Source of the DNA: an uncultured Candidatus Rokubacteria bacterium
GTDB taxonomy: Bacteria > Methylomirabilota > Methylomirabilia > Rokubacteriales > CSP1-6
Direction: 5' to 3'
Assembly: GCA_963758635.1 (NCBI GenBank)
Contig: CAVWWD010000005.1
Location: 160,001-224,000, forward strand
DNA: 64,000 nt
Shown: positions 19,279 to 29,917 of the stretch, piece after piece
How positions within the stretch are numbered: position 1 is the first letter of the stretch
Layout of the letters: the number at the start of each line of letters is the position of its first letter
Translations under genes and position numbers: made by a program
The notes under the pieces: generated by a model
Seen by the model: only the letters and a program-made list of their open reading frames with translations
Databases searched by the model: none
Told to the model about the DNA's origin: nothing

Positions 19279-21726
19279 GTGTTCGAACGGTTCACTGAGC
19301 GAGCGCGTCGGGTCATCATTCTGGCGAGGGAGGAGGCTGGGCGGTTCCGCCACGACTTCGTCGGGACGGAGCACATCCTCCTTGGTCTCATCCGCGACGG
19401 GGAGGGCATCGCCACCGCCGTCCTGCAGCGCCTGGGCCTCCGGCTGGAGACAGTCAAGGCCGAGGTCGAGCGCGCGCTCGCCGGGTTCCCGAAGACCCTC
19501 ACGTTCGGCGAGGTGCCGTTCACCCCGCAGGCCAAGCGCGTCCTCGAGCTCTCCATCGAGGAGGCTCGCCAGCTCGGGCACAACTACATCGGGACCGAGC
19601 ACCTCCTCCTGGGCCTGATGAAGGAAGCCCAGTCGATCGCGGCCAAGATCCTCGAGTCGCTCGGCGCGCGGCTCGACGAGGTCCGCCAGGAGACCCTGGC
19701 CCTGCTCGGCGATCAGTACTACCCGCGGCCCAAGAAGCGCTCCCAGACCCCCGTCCTCGACGAGTTCGCCCGTGACCTCACGCAGCTCGCCCGCGAGAAC
19801 AAGCTGGACCCCGTGATCGGCCGCGAGACCGAGATCGAGCGGGTCATCCAGATCCTCGCCCGCCGGACCAAGAACAACCCCGTCCTCATCGGGGAGCCCG
19901 GCGTCGGCAAGACCGCCATCGTCGAAGGGCTGGCCCAGCGCATCGTCAGCCACGAGGTCCCGGACGTCCTCGCCCAGAAGCGCCTCCTCCAGCTCGACCT
20001 CGGCGCGCTCGTGGCCGGCACCAAGTACCGCGGGCAGTTCGAGGAACGGCTCAAAGCGGTCATGAAGGAGATCCGCCAGTCGGAGAACGTCGTCCTCTTC
20101 CTGGACGAGCTCCACACGCTGATCGGAGCGGGGGCGGCGGAGGGCGCGATCGACGCGTCCAACATGCTCAAGCCCGCGCTCTCCCGCGGCGAGATCCAGA
20201 CCATCGGGGCGACCACCCTCGACGAGTACCGGAAGTACATCGAGAAGGACGGGGCCCTGGAGCGCCGCTTCCAGCCCGTGATCGTGCGCGCCCCCTCGGT
20301 GACCGAGTCGGTGGAGATCATCAAGGGCCTCCGGCACAAGTACGAGGCCCACCACCGGGTGAAGATCACCGACCAGGCCATCGACGCCGCGGTCAAGCTC
20401 GCCGACCGCTACATCACCGACCGCCAGCTCCCGGACAAGGCCATCGACGTCATCGACGAGGCCTCGTCGCGCACGCGGCTGATGGCCCTCATGCCGCCGC
20501 CGGAGATCAAGGAGCTCGGCAAGGAAGTCGAACGGGTGGTCCGCGAGAAGGACATGTACCTCGAGGCCCAGGAGTTCGAGAAGGCCGCCTCCCTGCGCGA
20601 GAAGGAGAAGCTCCTGCGCGGGCGGGACGAGGAGCTCAAGCGGGAGTGGGACAAGCGCAAGAACAAGGGCCCGCAGACGGTGAGCGAGGAGGACATCGAG
20701 TACATCGTCTCGCGGTGGACGGGCATCCCACTCTCCAAGCTCGAGGAGAAGGAGTCGGCCAAGCTCGCGCGGATGGAGGAAGCCCTCCACGCGCGCATCG
20801 TGGGCCAGCGCGACGCCGTCGTCGCCATCGCGCGCGCCATCCGGCGCTCCCGCGCCGGGCTCAAGGACAGCAAGCGTCCCGTGGGCTCGTTCATCTTCCT
20901 GGGCCCGACCGGCGTGGGGAAGACGGAGCTGGCCCGGGCCCTCGCCGAGTACCTCTTCGGCGACGAGAACGCGCTGATCCGCGTCGACATGTCCGAGTAC
21001 ATGGAGAAGTTCTCGGTGTCCCGGCTGCTCGGCGCCCCTCCCGGCTACGTCGGCTACGAAGAGGGCGGCTTCCTCACCGAGAAGGTCCGGCGGCGGCCGT
21101 ACTCCGTGGTGCTGTTCGACGAGATCGAGAAGGCTCATCCCGACGTGTTCAACATGCTTCTCCAGGTGCTCGACGACGGGCGGCTGTCGGACTCCGTGGG
21201 GCACGTGGTCGATTTCAAGAACACCATCCTCATCATGACCTCGAACCTCGGCACGAGCTTCCTGGGCAAGCGGACCAGCCCGGGCTTCCTCCCCGAGGGG
21301 GACGACGCGTCCTACGAGAAGATGAAGGGGCGGGTGCTCGAGGAGCTCAAGCGGGCGTTTCGCCCCGAGTTCCTGAACCGGATCGACGACACGATCGTCT
21401 TCCACGCGCTCAGCAAGGACGACATCACGGGCATCGTGCGTCTGATGCTGGCGCGCATCAACGCCCAGCTCGGCGACAAGGGCATCCACATCGAGCCGAC
21501 CGCAGCTGCGCTCGAGCTGCTCGTGGAGAAGGGCTACGACGCCACCTACGGGGCTCGCCAGCTGCGCCGGACCATCCAGAAGCACGTCGAGGACCCACTC
21601 GCCGAGGCCATCGTCCGCGGACAGGTCACTGAAGGCTCGCGGCTCGAATTGGACGTGGAGGGGGAGAATTTCGTCTTCCGGGAAGCCCAGGTTCCCGAGC
21701 CGCCGCTCGCTCTGGCGGAGCACTGA
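19279..21726 (+). CDS. clpC: ATP-dependent Clp protease ATPase subunit ClpC
   Basis: [13 protein letters not shown]-domain repeats, GEPGVGKT, short UVR-type middle domain, GPTGVGKT; 815 aa. Confidence 0.96.
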   Translation: MFERFTERARRVIILAREEAGRFRHDFVGTEHILLGLIRDGEGIATAVLQRLGLRLETVKAEVERALAGFPKTLTFGEVPFTPQAKRVLELSIEEARQLGHNYIGTEHLLLGLMKEAQSIAAKILESLGARLDEVRQETLALLGDQYYPRPKKRSQTPVLDEFARDLTQLARENKLDPVIGRETEIERVIQILARRTKNNPVLIGEPGVGKTAIVEGLAQRIVSHEVPDVLAQKRLLQLDLGALVAGTKYRGQFEERLKAVMKEIRQSENVVLFLDELHTLIGAGAAEGAIDASNMLKPALSRGEIQTIGATTLDEYRKYIEKDGALERRFQPVIVRAPSVTESVEIIKGLRHKYEAHHRVKITDQAIDAAVKLADRYITDRQLPDKAIDVIDEASSRTRLMALMPPPEIKELGKEVERVVREKDMYLEAQEFEKAASLREKEKLLRGRDEELKREWDKRKNKGPQTVSEEDIEYIVSRWTGIPLSKLEEKESAKLARMEEALHARIVGQRDAVVAIARAIRRSRAGLKDSKRPVGSFIFLGPTGVGKTELARALAEYLFGDENALIRVDMSEYMEKFSVSRLLGAPPGYVGYEEGGFLTEKVRRRPYSVVLFDEIEKAHPDVFNMLLQVLDDGRLSDSVGHVVDFKNTILIMTSNLGTSFLGKRTSPGFLPEGDDASYEKMKGRVLEELKRAFRPEFLNRIDDTIVFHALSKDDITGIVRLMLARINAQLGDKGIHIEPTAAALELLVEKGYDATYGARQLRRTIQKHVEDPLAEAIVRGQVTEGSRLELDVEGENFVFREAQVPEPPLALAEH

Positions 21727-21775
21727 TCGGCGGCTCGCGCCGCCTCGGCCCGACGGCTCGACGGTCCGCACGATC

Positions 21776-24049
21776 GTGATGGGGAGAGTCTCTCTCCCGA
21801 TTTTTTTTGCCCTTCTGTCTCTGCTCACCCCCCTCGTCACCCTCGCCCAGGCCCCGCCCTCCGCGCAGCCCCCCATCGCGGTCAAGGAGCTGGCTCTCCA
21901 GGGGAACCGCCGCGTCCAGGAGGCGATCATCCTGGGGCGCATCTCCACCAGGGTGGGCACGGCGTTCTCGCCGACCCGGCTTGCCGAGGACATCCGCGCC
22001 GTCTTCGCGCTGGGCTTCTTCGATGACGTCCAGACCCGGGTGGAGGACTTCGAGGGCGGGTTGAAGGTCACCTTCATCCTCGTGGAGCGGCCGTTCATCC
22101 GCGACATCCAGTTCTCGGGCAACAAGAAGCTCGACGCCACCGCGCTCACCGAGAAGATCACGCTCAAGCTCGGGAGCGTGTACAACCCCGTCGAGGTGAA
22201 CCGCGCCGCCGAGAGGATCAAGGAGGCCTACGAGGAGGAGGGCTACTTCGAGGTCGCGGTCACCCCCGACGCCGAGCGCCTCCCCGACGGCGACGTGACC
22301 GTCGTGTTCCGGGTCGCCGAGGGGCGCCGCATGACGATCGACCAGATCGTCATCGAGGGGGCGAGCGGGCTCACCCCCAAGCAGGTGAAGGAGATCATGC
22401 TGACGCAGGAGCGCCAGTACTTCATCCTGCGCGGCACCGTGCAGCGGCAGAAGCTCGACGAGGACGTGGACCGCATCGTCCAGCTCTACGGCGACCACGG
22501 CTACATCCAGGCGCGGGTGGAGTCGGCGACCATCGAGCCGGATCGGGAGCGGGCGCGGGTCGTGGTCCGCATCGTCGTGGTGGAGGGGCCGCAGTTCCGC
22601 GTGGGCGGGATGGACATCACCGGCAACAGCGTCCTGCCCGTGGAGGAGATCCGCCGCCGGCTCCAGCTGTCCACCGGCGACGTCTTCTCCCGCGGGAAGC
22701 TCCGCGACAGCGTGAGGGGCATCCAGGACCTCTACGGGGTCATCGGGCGGGCGTCGGCCGACATCAACCCCGTCACCGTGCAGGACAACGCGAACCGGCG
22801 CATCAACATCACCATCGAGATCGCGGAAGGGCCGGAGACCTTCGTCGAGCGCATCAACATCTCGGGCAACACGCGCAGCGAGGAGAAGATCCTACGGCGC
22901 GAGATCCCCATGCACGAGGGCGACCTCTTCACGACGGCCAAGCTCGTGCGCGCCCGCCAGAAGCTCAACAACCTTGGCTACTTCGAGTCGGTCAAGGCGA
23001 CCACCTCGCCGGGGAGCAGCAAGGACAAGATCGTCGTCCACATCGAGGTCACCGAGAAGCCCACCGGCCTCTTCTCGATCGGCGGCGGTTACAGCTCCGC
23101 CGACGGGCTCCTCGGCAGCGTCGACCTGTCCCAGCGCAACTTCCTGGGCCGCGGCTGGGAGGTCTTCCTGCGCATCCGCGCCGGCGCCGAGACCCAGCAG
23201 GGGACGATCGGCTTCACCGAGCCGTGGCTCTTCGACCGGCCCCTCGCCGCCGGCTTCGACCTCTACAACAACCGCCGCGAGTACACCGAGTACACGGTCA
23301 ACTCCCTCGGCGGCGACCTCCGCCTCGGCCATCCCCTCGGGGACTTCGCCCGGTGGAACCTGTTCTACCGCCTCAGCGAGGACGAGATCTCCGACGTGCC
23401 CGACAACGCCAGCACGAGCCTGCTCGAGGAGGAGGGCACGCGGATCACCTCTCTCATCGGGGGCAGCATCACGTGGGACAGCCGCGACAACGTGTTCGAG
23501 CCGACGCGTGGGGTGTCCGCGTCCATCGGCGTCGACTTCGCCGGCCTCTTCTTCGGCGACTCGAAGTTCGTCCGCGCCATCGCGACCGTCGCGTACTTCC
23601 GGCCGCTGTGGTTCGGGCACGTCCTGGGCATGCGCGGAACGGTCGGCTACGCCGTGGGCTGGAGCGAGGAGTCCGTGCCCCTGTTCGAGCGCTTCTATCT
23701 GGGCGGCCCCAACTCGATCCGCAGCCGCAAGCTGCGTCAGGTGTCCCCGGTGGACTCGAGCGGCACGCGCATCGGCGGCAACAGCGAGGTGCTCGCCAAC
23801 GTCGAGTACGTGATACCGCTCTTCTTCGGCATCCGGGGCGCGGTGTTCTACGACGTGGGCAACGTCTTCGGACCCGACATCACGGGGGGGGACCCCGTCG
23901 ACCTCACCAAGGTGCGCCACGCCTTCGGTGTGGGCTTCCGCTGGGCCTCGCCTTTCGGGCCCCTCCGGGTCGACTACGGCGTGAACGTGGACCGGAAGAA
24001 GGGGGAGAGCTTCGGGGAGTTCCACTTCTCGGTGGGCGCGCCGTTTTGA
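21776..24049 (+). CDS. bamA: Outer membrane protein assembly factor BamA
   Basis: Signal peptide, POTRA repeats (GNRRV, GNKK, GNTRS..ILRRE), barrel with FTEPW, FYLGGPNSIR, terminal aromatic F. Confidence 0.95.
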   Translation: MMGRVSLPIFFALLSLLTPLVTLAQAPPSAQPPIAVKELALQGNRRVQEAIILGRISTRVGTAFSPTRLAEDIRAVFALGFFDDVQTRVEDFEGGLKVTFILVERPFIRDIQFSGNKKLDATALTEKITLKLGSVYNPVEVNRAAERIKEAYEEEGYFEVAVTPDAERLPDGDVTVVFRVAEGRRMTIDQIVIEGASGLTPKQVKEIMLTQERQYFILRGTVQRQKLDEDVDRIVQLYGDHGYIQARVESATIEPDRERARVVVRIVVVEGPQFRVGGMDITGNSVLPVEEIRRRLQLSTGDVFSRGKLRDSVRGIQDLYGVIGRASADINPVTVQDNANRRINITIEIAEGPETFVERINISGNTRSEEKILRREIPMHEGDLFTTAKLVRARQKLNNLGYFESVKATTSPGSSKDKIVVHIEVTEKPTGLFSIGGGYSSADGLLGSVDLSQRNFLGRGWEVFLRIRAGAETQQGTIGFTEPWLFDRPLAAGFDLYNNRREYTEYTVNSLGGDLRLGHPLGDFARWNLFYRLSEDEISDVPDNASTSLLEEEGTRITSLIGGSITWDSRDNVFEPTRGVSASIGVDFAGLFFGDSKFVRAIATVAYFRPLWFGHVLGMRGTVGYAVGWSEESVPLFERFYLGGPNSIRSRKLRQVSPVDSSGTRIGGNSEVLANVEYVIPLFFGIRGAVFYDVGNVFGPDITGGDPVDLTKVRHAFGVGFRWASPFGPLRVDYGVNVDRKKGESFGEFHFSVGAPF

Positions 24050-24053
24050 GCCA

Positions 24054-24128
24054 TCGGAGGGGCCTCGATGGCCCCCTCCGAAGCCTCCCCCGAGAAGCAA
24101 AGGGGGCGCGGGCTTCGTCCGCGCTCGA
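24054..24128. repeat. GC-rich multi-hairpin palindromic element (REP-like)
   Basis: TCGGAGGGGCC-tcgat-GGCCCCCTCCGA (24054-24081), CCCCC..GGGGG (24087-24106), GCGCGGGC-ttc-GTCCGCGC (24106-24124); no U-tract. Confidence 0.55.
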
Positions 24129-24251
24129 ACGTGAAACGATCGAGCGGCCCACGAACATGTAACACCGGGTGCCGGGTCCTGGGGGCGTCGCCATTCCCGG
24201 CGGTGTACTCTTGGGGCGGCTGGGACAACGAGAGGTCAGGAGGACGCGAGG

Positions 24252-24812
24252 ATGAGGAGAGCAGTCCTGCAGATTCTGGGCGCGGCGGTCGCCGTCGTGA
24301 CCTTGGCCGCAGGCGGCTGGTGGACGCTGCGAGCGGAGGCCCAGGGGCCCGCGCTCAAGCTGGGCGTCGTGGACGTTCAGCGCGTGCTCGCCCGGTCGTC
24401 GGCCGGCGTGGCCGCCCGGGAGAACCTCGAGCGCGACAAGGCCGTCATGCAGAAGCAGGTCGACGGGCAGCGCGTGGAGGCCGAGAAGCTCCGCGACGAG
24501 CTCGAGAAGAAGGGGCAGCTCCTGTCCGCCGACGCCCGGCGCGAGAAGCAGGAGAACCTCGAGCGCAAGGTCCGTGACGTCCGCCGGCTCGTCGACGACC
24601 TCCAGAAGGAGCTGCAGAAGAAGGAGCAGGAGGCGCTCGCCCGCGTCCTCAACGACATCTCCGGCGTCGTCCAGAAGATCGGCAAGGACCGGGGCTACAC
24701 GATGATCGTCGAGCGGCGCGGTGGCGCGGTGATCTGGGGCGCGCCGGAGATCGACATCACCGACGAGGTCGTCCGGGTCTTCGACGACGACGCCAAGAAG
24801 GGCAAGAAGTAG
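24252..24812 (+). CDS. skp: Periplasmic chaperone Skp/OmpH
   Basis: Signal peptide, [11 protein letters not shown], coiled coil, DITDEVV; sits between bamA and lpxD. Confidence 0.93.
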   Translation: MRRAVLQILGAAVAVVTLAAGGWWTLRAEAQGPALKLGVVDVQRVLARSSAGVAARENLERDKAVMQKQVDGQRVEAEKLRDELEKKGQLLSADARREKQENLERKVRDVRRLVDDLQKELQKKEQEALARVLNDISGVVQKIGKDRGYTMIVERRGGAVIWGAPEIDITDEVVRVFDDDAKKGKK

Positions 24813-24820
24813 GCACGGGC

Positions 24821-25852
24821 GTGTCCCGCCCCACCACTCTGGGCGAGGTGGCGTCGGCCCTCGGCGCGACGCTGGACGGTGACGCGAGCCGCCCCGTGCG
24901 CGGGGTCGCGCCGCTCGAGACGGCGGGCCCCGACGACGTGTCGTTCCTCGTCAGCGAGCGCTACCAGCGTGCGGCCGAGCGAACACGCGCCGCCGCGGTG
25001 GTGGCGCCCGCCGACGCCCAGCGCTTGCCCTGCGCCGTGCTGCGCGTGGCCGCCCCGCGCGCCGCGATGATCGCGCTGCTCCGGCTCTTCCATCCCGAGC
25101 CCGTCACGAGCCCGGGCGTCCACCCGCTGGCCCACGTGGCGCCGGGAGCCGTCGTCGATCCCACCGCGGCCATCGGGCCCTTCGCGGTGATCGAGGCCGG
25201 CGCGCGGGTGGGCCGGAACGCCCGCGTCGGGGCGCTGGCCTACGTGGGCGTGGGCGCCGAGGTGGGGGAGGACACGACGCTGCATCCGCACGTCGTCGTG
25301 CAGGACGGTGTCCGCGTCGGCCGGCGCGTCATCGTCCACCCGGGCGCGGTCCTGGGCGCCGACGGGTTCGGCTACGCGTTCGAGGACGGCGCCCACCGCA
25401 AGATCCCGCAGGTGGGGGGAGTGCGGATCGAGGACGACGTTGAGATCGGCGCCAACACCACCGTGGACCGCGGCATGCTGGGCGACACGGTGATCGGGCG
25501 CGGCAGCAAGCTCGACAACCTGATCCAGGTGGGACACAACTGCCAGGTCGGCGCGGACGTGATCCTCGTCGCCCAGGTGGGCCTGTCGGGATCGTGCCGC
25601 GTCGGCGACCGCGCGGTCCTCGCCGGCCAGGTCGGCGTGGCCGACCACGTGTCGATCGGGGCCGGCGCCACCCTGGTCGGCCAGGCCGGAGTGACGAGCG
25701 ACGTCCCCGCCGGACAGGTGCGGGGCGGCACGCCCGCCCGCCCGTTCGCGGAGATGCGCCGGATGTGGGCGGCGGAGCGCATGCTCCCCGACCTCCTGCG
25801 CAAGGTGCGCGCCCTGGAGCAGCGCGTCCGCGAGCTCGAGTCGACACGATGA
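24821..25852 (+). CDS. lpxD: UDP-3-O-acyl-glucosamine N-acyltransferase LpxD
   Basis: Hexapeptide repeats, [42 protein letters not shown]. Confidence 0.96.
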   Translation: MSRPTTLGEVASALGATLDGDASRPVRGVAPLETAGPDDVSFLVSERYQRAAERTRAAAVVAPADAQRLPCAVLRVAAPRAAMIALLRLFHPEPVTSPGVHPLAHVAPGAVVDPTAAIGPFAVIEAGARVGRNARVGALAYVGVGAEVGEDTTLHPHVVVQDGVRVGRRVIVHPGAVLGADGFGYAFEDGAHRKIPQVGGVRIEDDVEIGANTTVDRGMLGDTVIGRGSKLDNLIQVGHNCQVGADVILVAQVGLSGSCRVGDRAVLAGQVGVADHVSIGAGATLVGQAGVTSDVPAGQVRGGTPARPFAEMRRMWAAERMLPDLLRKVRALEQRVRELESTR

Positions 25853-26691
25853 CGACAACCGCCGGGGGGATCCATCCCACCGCGATCGTGGACCCGCGCG
25901 CGCGGCTCGGCGCCGGCGTATCGGTGGGGCCGGGCAGCATCGTCGGTCCGGACGTGGAGCTGGGCGACGGCGTCACGATCGGCGCCCACGCCATCCTGGA
26001 GGGACGCGTGACGGTGGGCGCGCGCTGCCGGGTCGGCCATGGCACGATCGTGGGCGCGCCGCCCCAGGACTTGAGGTTCCGCGCGGGCACGCCGGCGGGC
26101 GTGCGGATCGGCGAGGACACCGTGATCCGCGAGTACGTCACGATCCACCACGCGACCCGCGAGGGCGGCGACACCACGGTGGGCCGCCACTGCCTGCTCA
26201 TGACCGCGACCCACATCGCCCACGACTGCGTGGTCGGCGATGACGTCATCATGATCAACAACGCCGCCCTCACCGGTCACGTCCTCGTCGAGGACCGGGC
26301 CACGGTGGGCGGGATGAGCGGCCTCCACCCGTTCACGCGCCTGGGCTTCCTCGGCTACATCGGGGGCCATTCCAAGGTGACGCAGGACGTGCCGCCGTTC
26401 GTCATCGCCGACGGCGTGCCGGCCCACGGGCACTCCGTCAACGTCATCGGCATGCGGCGCGCCGGCATCGACGGGGCGTCGCGGCGGCAGGTTCAGGAGG
26501 CGTTTCGGATCCTCTACCGGTCGGGGCTCGCCGCGGGCGCGGCGGTGGCACGCCTGCGCGCGGAGATGGGCGGGACGCCGCTCGTGGCCCGCATGGCCGA
26601 CTTCGTCGCGAGCTCCAAGCGAGGCATCGTGCCGGCCGCCCGCGGCGCATCGGAGGCCGAGGACGCTCGCGCCGAGGAGACGGTCTCGTGA
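25849..26691 (+). CDS. lpxA: UDP-N-acetylglucosamine acyltransferase LpxA
   Basis: [41 protein letters not shown]. Confidence 0.94.
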   Translation: MTTTAGGIHPTAIVDPRARLGAGVSVGPGSIVGPDVELGDGVTIGAHAILEGRVTVGARCRVGHGTIVGAPPQDLRFRAGTPAGVRIGEDTVIREYVTIHHATREGGDTTVGRHCLLMTATHIAHDCVVGDDVIMINNAALTGHVLVEDRATVGGMSGLHPFTRLGFLGYIGGHSKVTQDVPPFVIADGVPAHGHSVNVIGMRRAGIDGASRRQVQEAFRILYRSGLAAGAAVARLRAEMGGTPLVARMADFVASSKRGIVPAARGASEAEDARAEETVS

Positions 26692-27719
26692 GGCGGAACG
26701 GAGAGCCGCGGATCCGGGCGGGGGTGGTCGGCGCCGGCCACATGGGGCAGTATCACATCCTCGCCCTCATGGAGCTGTGGGACATCGAGCTCGTCGGCAT
26801 CGTCGACACCAACGTCAAGAAGGCGGAGGAGGTGGCGGGCACCTATGGCATCCGCGCCTTCTCCGACCACCGGGAGATCGCCGGCCGCGTGGACGTGGTG
26901 ACGGTGGCCGTGCCCACCGACCTGCACTTCCCGGTGGCGCGCGACTTCCTCGAGGCGGGCGTCCACGTCCTCGTCGAGAAGCCGATGACGCCGACCCTCG
27001 AGGAAGCCAAGGAGCTGTTCCGCATCGCGCGGCAGCGCAACCGCGTGCTCCACGTGGGTCACGTCGAGCGGTTCAACGGCGCGGTGCAGGAGCTCCGGAA
27101 GATCGTCGAGCGCCCCATCCTCATCGAGTCGCGGCGCCTCGGGCCCTTCGCCCCCCGCGTCCAGAACGACTCGGTGGTGATGGACCTCATGATCCACGAC
27201 ATCGACATCGTGCTGGGGCTGGTCGACGGCGAGCCGCGGAGGATCACCGCGGTGGGCTCCTCCGTCCACAGTGGGGTCTGCGACGTGGCCACCGTGCAGA
27301 TCCTCTTCGACACCGGCGCCATGGCCACGATCACGGCGAGCCGCGCCACCGAGGAGAAGATCCGCACCCTCGCCATCACCCAGCCCGACGCCTACATCCA
27401 GCTCGACTACCAGGACCAGGACATCCAGATCCACCGCCGCGCCGCCCAGGAGTACACGGTCAACCGGGAGTCGATCCGCTACCGGCAGGCGTCGTTCGTC
27501 GAGCATCTGTTCGTGCACAAGGACAACCCCCTCAAGCTGGAGATCCGCCACCTCATCTCGGCGGCGCGCGCCGCCCAGGCGACGGGACGCGTCGAGCTGC
27601 CGGAGGCCGAGGACCTCCGCTCGCTGGCCGTCGCGCTGGAGATCGAGCGGATGGTCCGTGAGGGCCGGGGCGAGACGGCCTGGCCCGAAGATCTTCCGTG
27701 GAGCGCCAGCTCGGCCTGA
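26688..27719 (+). CDS. Gfo/Idh/MocA NAD-dependent oxidoreductase, GnnA-like
   Basis: GVVGAGHMGQYH Rossmann motif, HVLVEKP, VGHVERFN, DLMIHDIDI; lies between lpxA and lpxI/lpxB. Confidence 0.85.
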   Translation: MRRNGEPRIRAGVVGAGHMGQYHILALMELWDIELVGIVDTNVKKAEEVAGTYGIRAFSDHREIAGRVDVVTVAVPTDLHFPVARDFLEAGVHVLVEKPMTPTLEEAKELFRIARQRNRVLHVGHVERFNGAVQELRKIVERPILIESRRLGPFAPRVQNDSVVMDLMIHDIDIVLGLVDGEPRRITAVGSSVHSGVCDVATVQILFDTGAMATITASRATEEKIRTLAITQPDAYIQLDYQDQDIQIHRRAAQEYTVNRESIRYRQASFVEHLFVHKDNPLKLEIRHLISAARAAQATGRVELPEAEDLRSLAVALEIERMVREGRGETAWPEDLPWSASSA

Positions 27720-28540
27720 TGGCCGGAGCCGGGACGCTTCCGGCCCGCGCCGCCGCCGAGGCCCGCCGCCAGGGATGGCGCGTCCTCGCCTTCGCATTCG
27801 ACCACGCGCCCACGCTGGACGGCGAGGCCGACACGGTGATCCCGTCGAGCCTCACCGATGTGCAGGCCGTGCTGTCCGTGCTGCAGGAACGCCGCGTCGA
27901 GGCCGTCCTCTTCGCGGGCAAGCTCGCCGCGCAGAGCATCCTCGACCGGGCCGACGCGCTCGACGAGGCCGGCCATCGCATCGCCGCCGGCGGGCTCTCC
28001 GACTCCGCGCTCACCCAGATGGTCCTCGCCACGTTCGGCGCCATGGGCATCGAGGTCCTGGACCAGCGGCGCTTCCTCGGGCCCCATCTCTTCTCCGAGC
28101 GCTCCCTCGCCGCCCGCGGCCTGACCTCGCGCCCGCCCACCGAGAGCGAGTGGGAGGAGGTCCGCGCGGGCGTCATGCTGGCACGCACGATGGCCAGCCA
28201 GGGCATCGGTCAGACGGTGGTGCGCGCCCGCGGGGTGACGGTGGCGGTGGAGGCCGCCGAGGGCACCGACGACACGATCCGCCGCGGGACGCGCCTGGCC
28301 GGGCCCGGCGCGGTGGTCGTGAAGGCGGTGGCTCCGGCCCACGACTTCCGCTTCGACGTGCCCGCGGTGGGGCCGGCCACCCTCCAGGTGATGGCGGCGG
28401 GACGCGCCCGCGTGCTCGCGGTCGAGCGCGGCAACGTGCTCCTCGCCGACCCGGCCGAGGTCGTCCGCATCGCGGCGGATGCCGACATCGCCGTGGTCGG
28501 CGTGGGCGCGGACCTCGTTGTGGAGGAACGCGGATCGTGA
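27698..28540 (+). CDS. lpxI: UDP-2,3-diacylglucosamine diphosphatase LpxI family
   Basis: LGLMAGAGTLP, IGQTVVV, AVEAAEGTD..IRRG, DFRFDVPAVG. Confidence 0.88.
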   Translation: MERQLGLMAGAGTLPARAAAEARRQGWRVLAFAFDHAPTLDGEADTVIPSSLTDVQAVLSVLQERRVEAVLFAGKLAAQSILDRADALDEAGHRIAAGGLSDSALTQMVLATFGAMGIEVLDQRRFLGPHLFSERSLAARGLTSRPPTESEWEEVRAGVMLARTMASQGIGQTVVRARGVTVAVEAAEGTDDTIRRGTRLAGPGAVVVKAVAPAHDFRFDVPAVGPATLQVMAAGRARVLAVERGNVLLADPAEVVRIAADADIAVVGVGADLVVEERGS

Positions 28541-28618
28541 CATCGGCGAGCGGGCGAACACCGCGCTCCTTCGTACACGCGGAGTGCCTGCTCGTCGATT
28601 CCCTCCGCGACGGGGAGC

Positions 28619-29266
28619 GTGGCTGACCGCGGACCCGGCGCCTCCGCCGGCGCGATCATGCTCTCCGCCGGCGAAGCCTCGGGTGTCCCCGTGATCGGAC
28701 TGTTTCCGGGGAGCCGGCGGCAGGAGATCGAGCGCCTCGTGCCCGCCATGGCGGACGCGGCGGCGCGGCTTCGCCGCGAGCGCCCCGCCGCGCGCATCGT
28801 GCTCGGGCGCGCGCCCACCGTCGACGCCGCGCGCGTGGACGCGCTCCTCGCCTCGGCGGGTGACGCGCGGGTCGAGGTCCGCCTTGGCAGCCACGAGCTG
28901 ATGGCCGCGGCCGACCTCCTGCTCATCGCCTCGGGCACGGCGACGCTCGAGGCGGCGCTGCTCGGCACGCCCATGGTCGTCTGCTATCGCGTGTCGCGCA
29001 CCACCGAGATGACCGTGCGCCTGCTCGCGCGCGTGCCCCGCTCCAGCCTGCCGAACATCCTCGGCGGCCGGGAGGTCGTGCGCGAGGTGCTGCAGGACGA
29101 CGTGACGGGCGCGCGGCTGGCCGACGAGGCGCGACGGCTCCTCGCGCCGTCGGGGCCCGCGGACGAGCAGCGCCGCGCCTTCGCCGAGATCCGCGACGGG
29201 CTCGGCAAGGAGGTCGTGGCCGCCCGCGCCGCCGCCGCCGTGCTCCGCGCCGCGCGCGCGTCATGA
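28619..29266 (+). pseudogene. lpxB: Lipid-A-disaccharide synthase LpxB, internally deleted (215 aa, frame intact)
   Basis: N-terminal motif MLSAGEASG is fused directly to the C-domain motif PVIGLFPGSRRQEI, followed by ASGTATLEAAL..PMVVCY and SLPNIL. Pseudogene status is not proven. Confidence 0.8.
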
Positions 29267-29917
29267 GAGTGCCCGAACGTCGTCATGCACGCTCTGGCCC
29301 CCGCGGTGGCGCGTCCCGCCCTCGGCCTGCTCGGCTGGACCCTCCGCGTCCGGCGCGACGAGCGCGCGGTGAGCCCGCTCTGGGCCTCGGGCGCGCCCGT
29401 GATCTACGCCACGTGGCACTCGCGCGTGCTCCTCCTGCCCTGGCTCTACCGGGGCCGCCGCCTCCGGGTGCTCACGAGCCGCTCGCGCCACGGCGAGATG
29501 GTCGCGCGGGTGGTGCAGAGCTTCGGGCTCGACGTGGTGCGCGGCTCGTCAAGCCGGGGCGGCGCCGACGCGCTCCGCCGGCTCCTCCGGGCTCTCCGCG
29601 ACGGCGCGGACGTGGTCGTCGTGCCCGACGGCCCGCGCGGGCCACGGGAGGTGGCCAAGCCCGGCGTCGTCGCGCTGGCCGCCGCGAGCGGCGCGGCCAT
29701 CGTGCCCGTCGCCGTGGGCGCCTCGCGGGAGTGGCGCCTGCACTCCTGGGACGGCTTCCGCATCCCGCAGCCGGGAGCGCGTCTGGTGGTGGGCTTCGCC
29801 GAGCCCCTGCGGGTGCCGGCGCGGGCCGACCACGCGGCGAGGGAGGCCGCGCGCAAGGACCTCGAGGCGAGCCTCGGCGCGCTCGCCGAGCGGATCGACG
29901 CGGAGGCCGCGCGATGA
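29263..29917 (+). CDS. DUF374 / LpxJ-like lysophospholipid acyltransferase
   Basis: IYATWH, LTSRSRHGE, VRGSSSRGG, VPDGPRGP, SWDGFRIPQP. Open ORF from 29285; the coupled ATG at 29263 joins it if one A at ~29276 is removed. Confidence 0.85.

Noticed and set aside
19258..22221. Very long minus-strand and alternate-frame ORFs (e.g. 987 aa antisense to clpC, 710 aa antisense to rpsA, 729 aa shadowing secA)
   Set aside because: Expected shadow ORFs in very GC-rich DNA with strong third-position bias; no recognisable motifs, and each overlaps a clear housekeeping gene.
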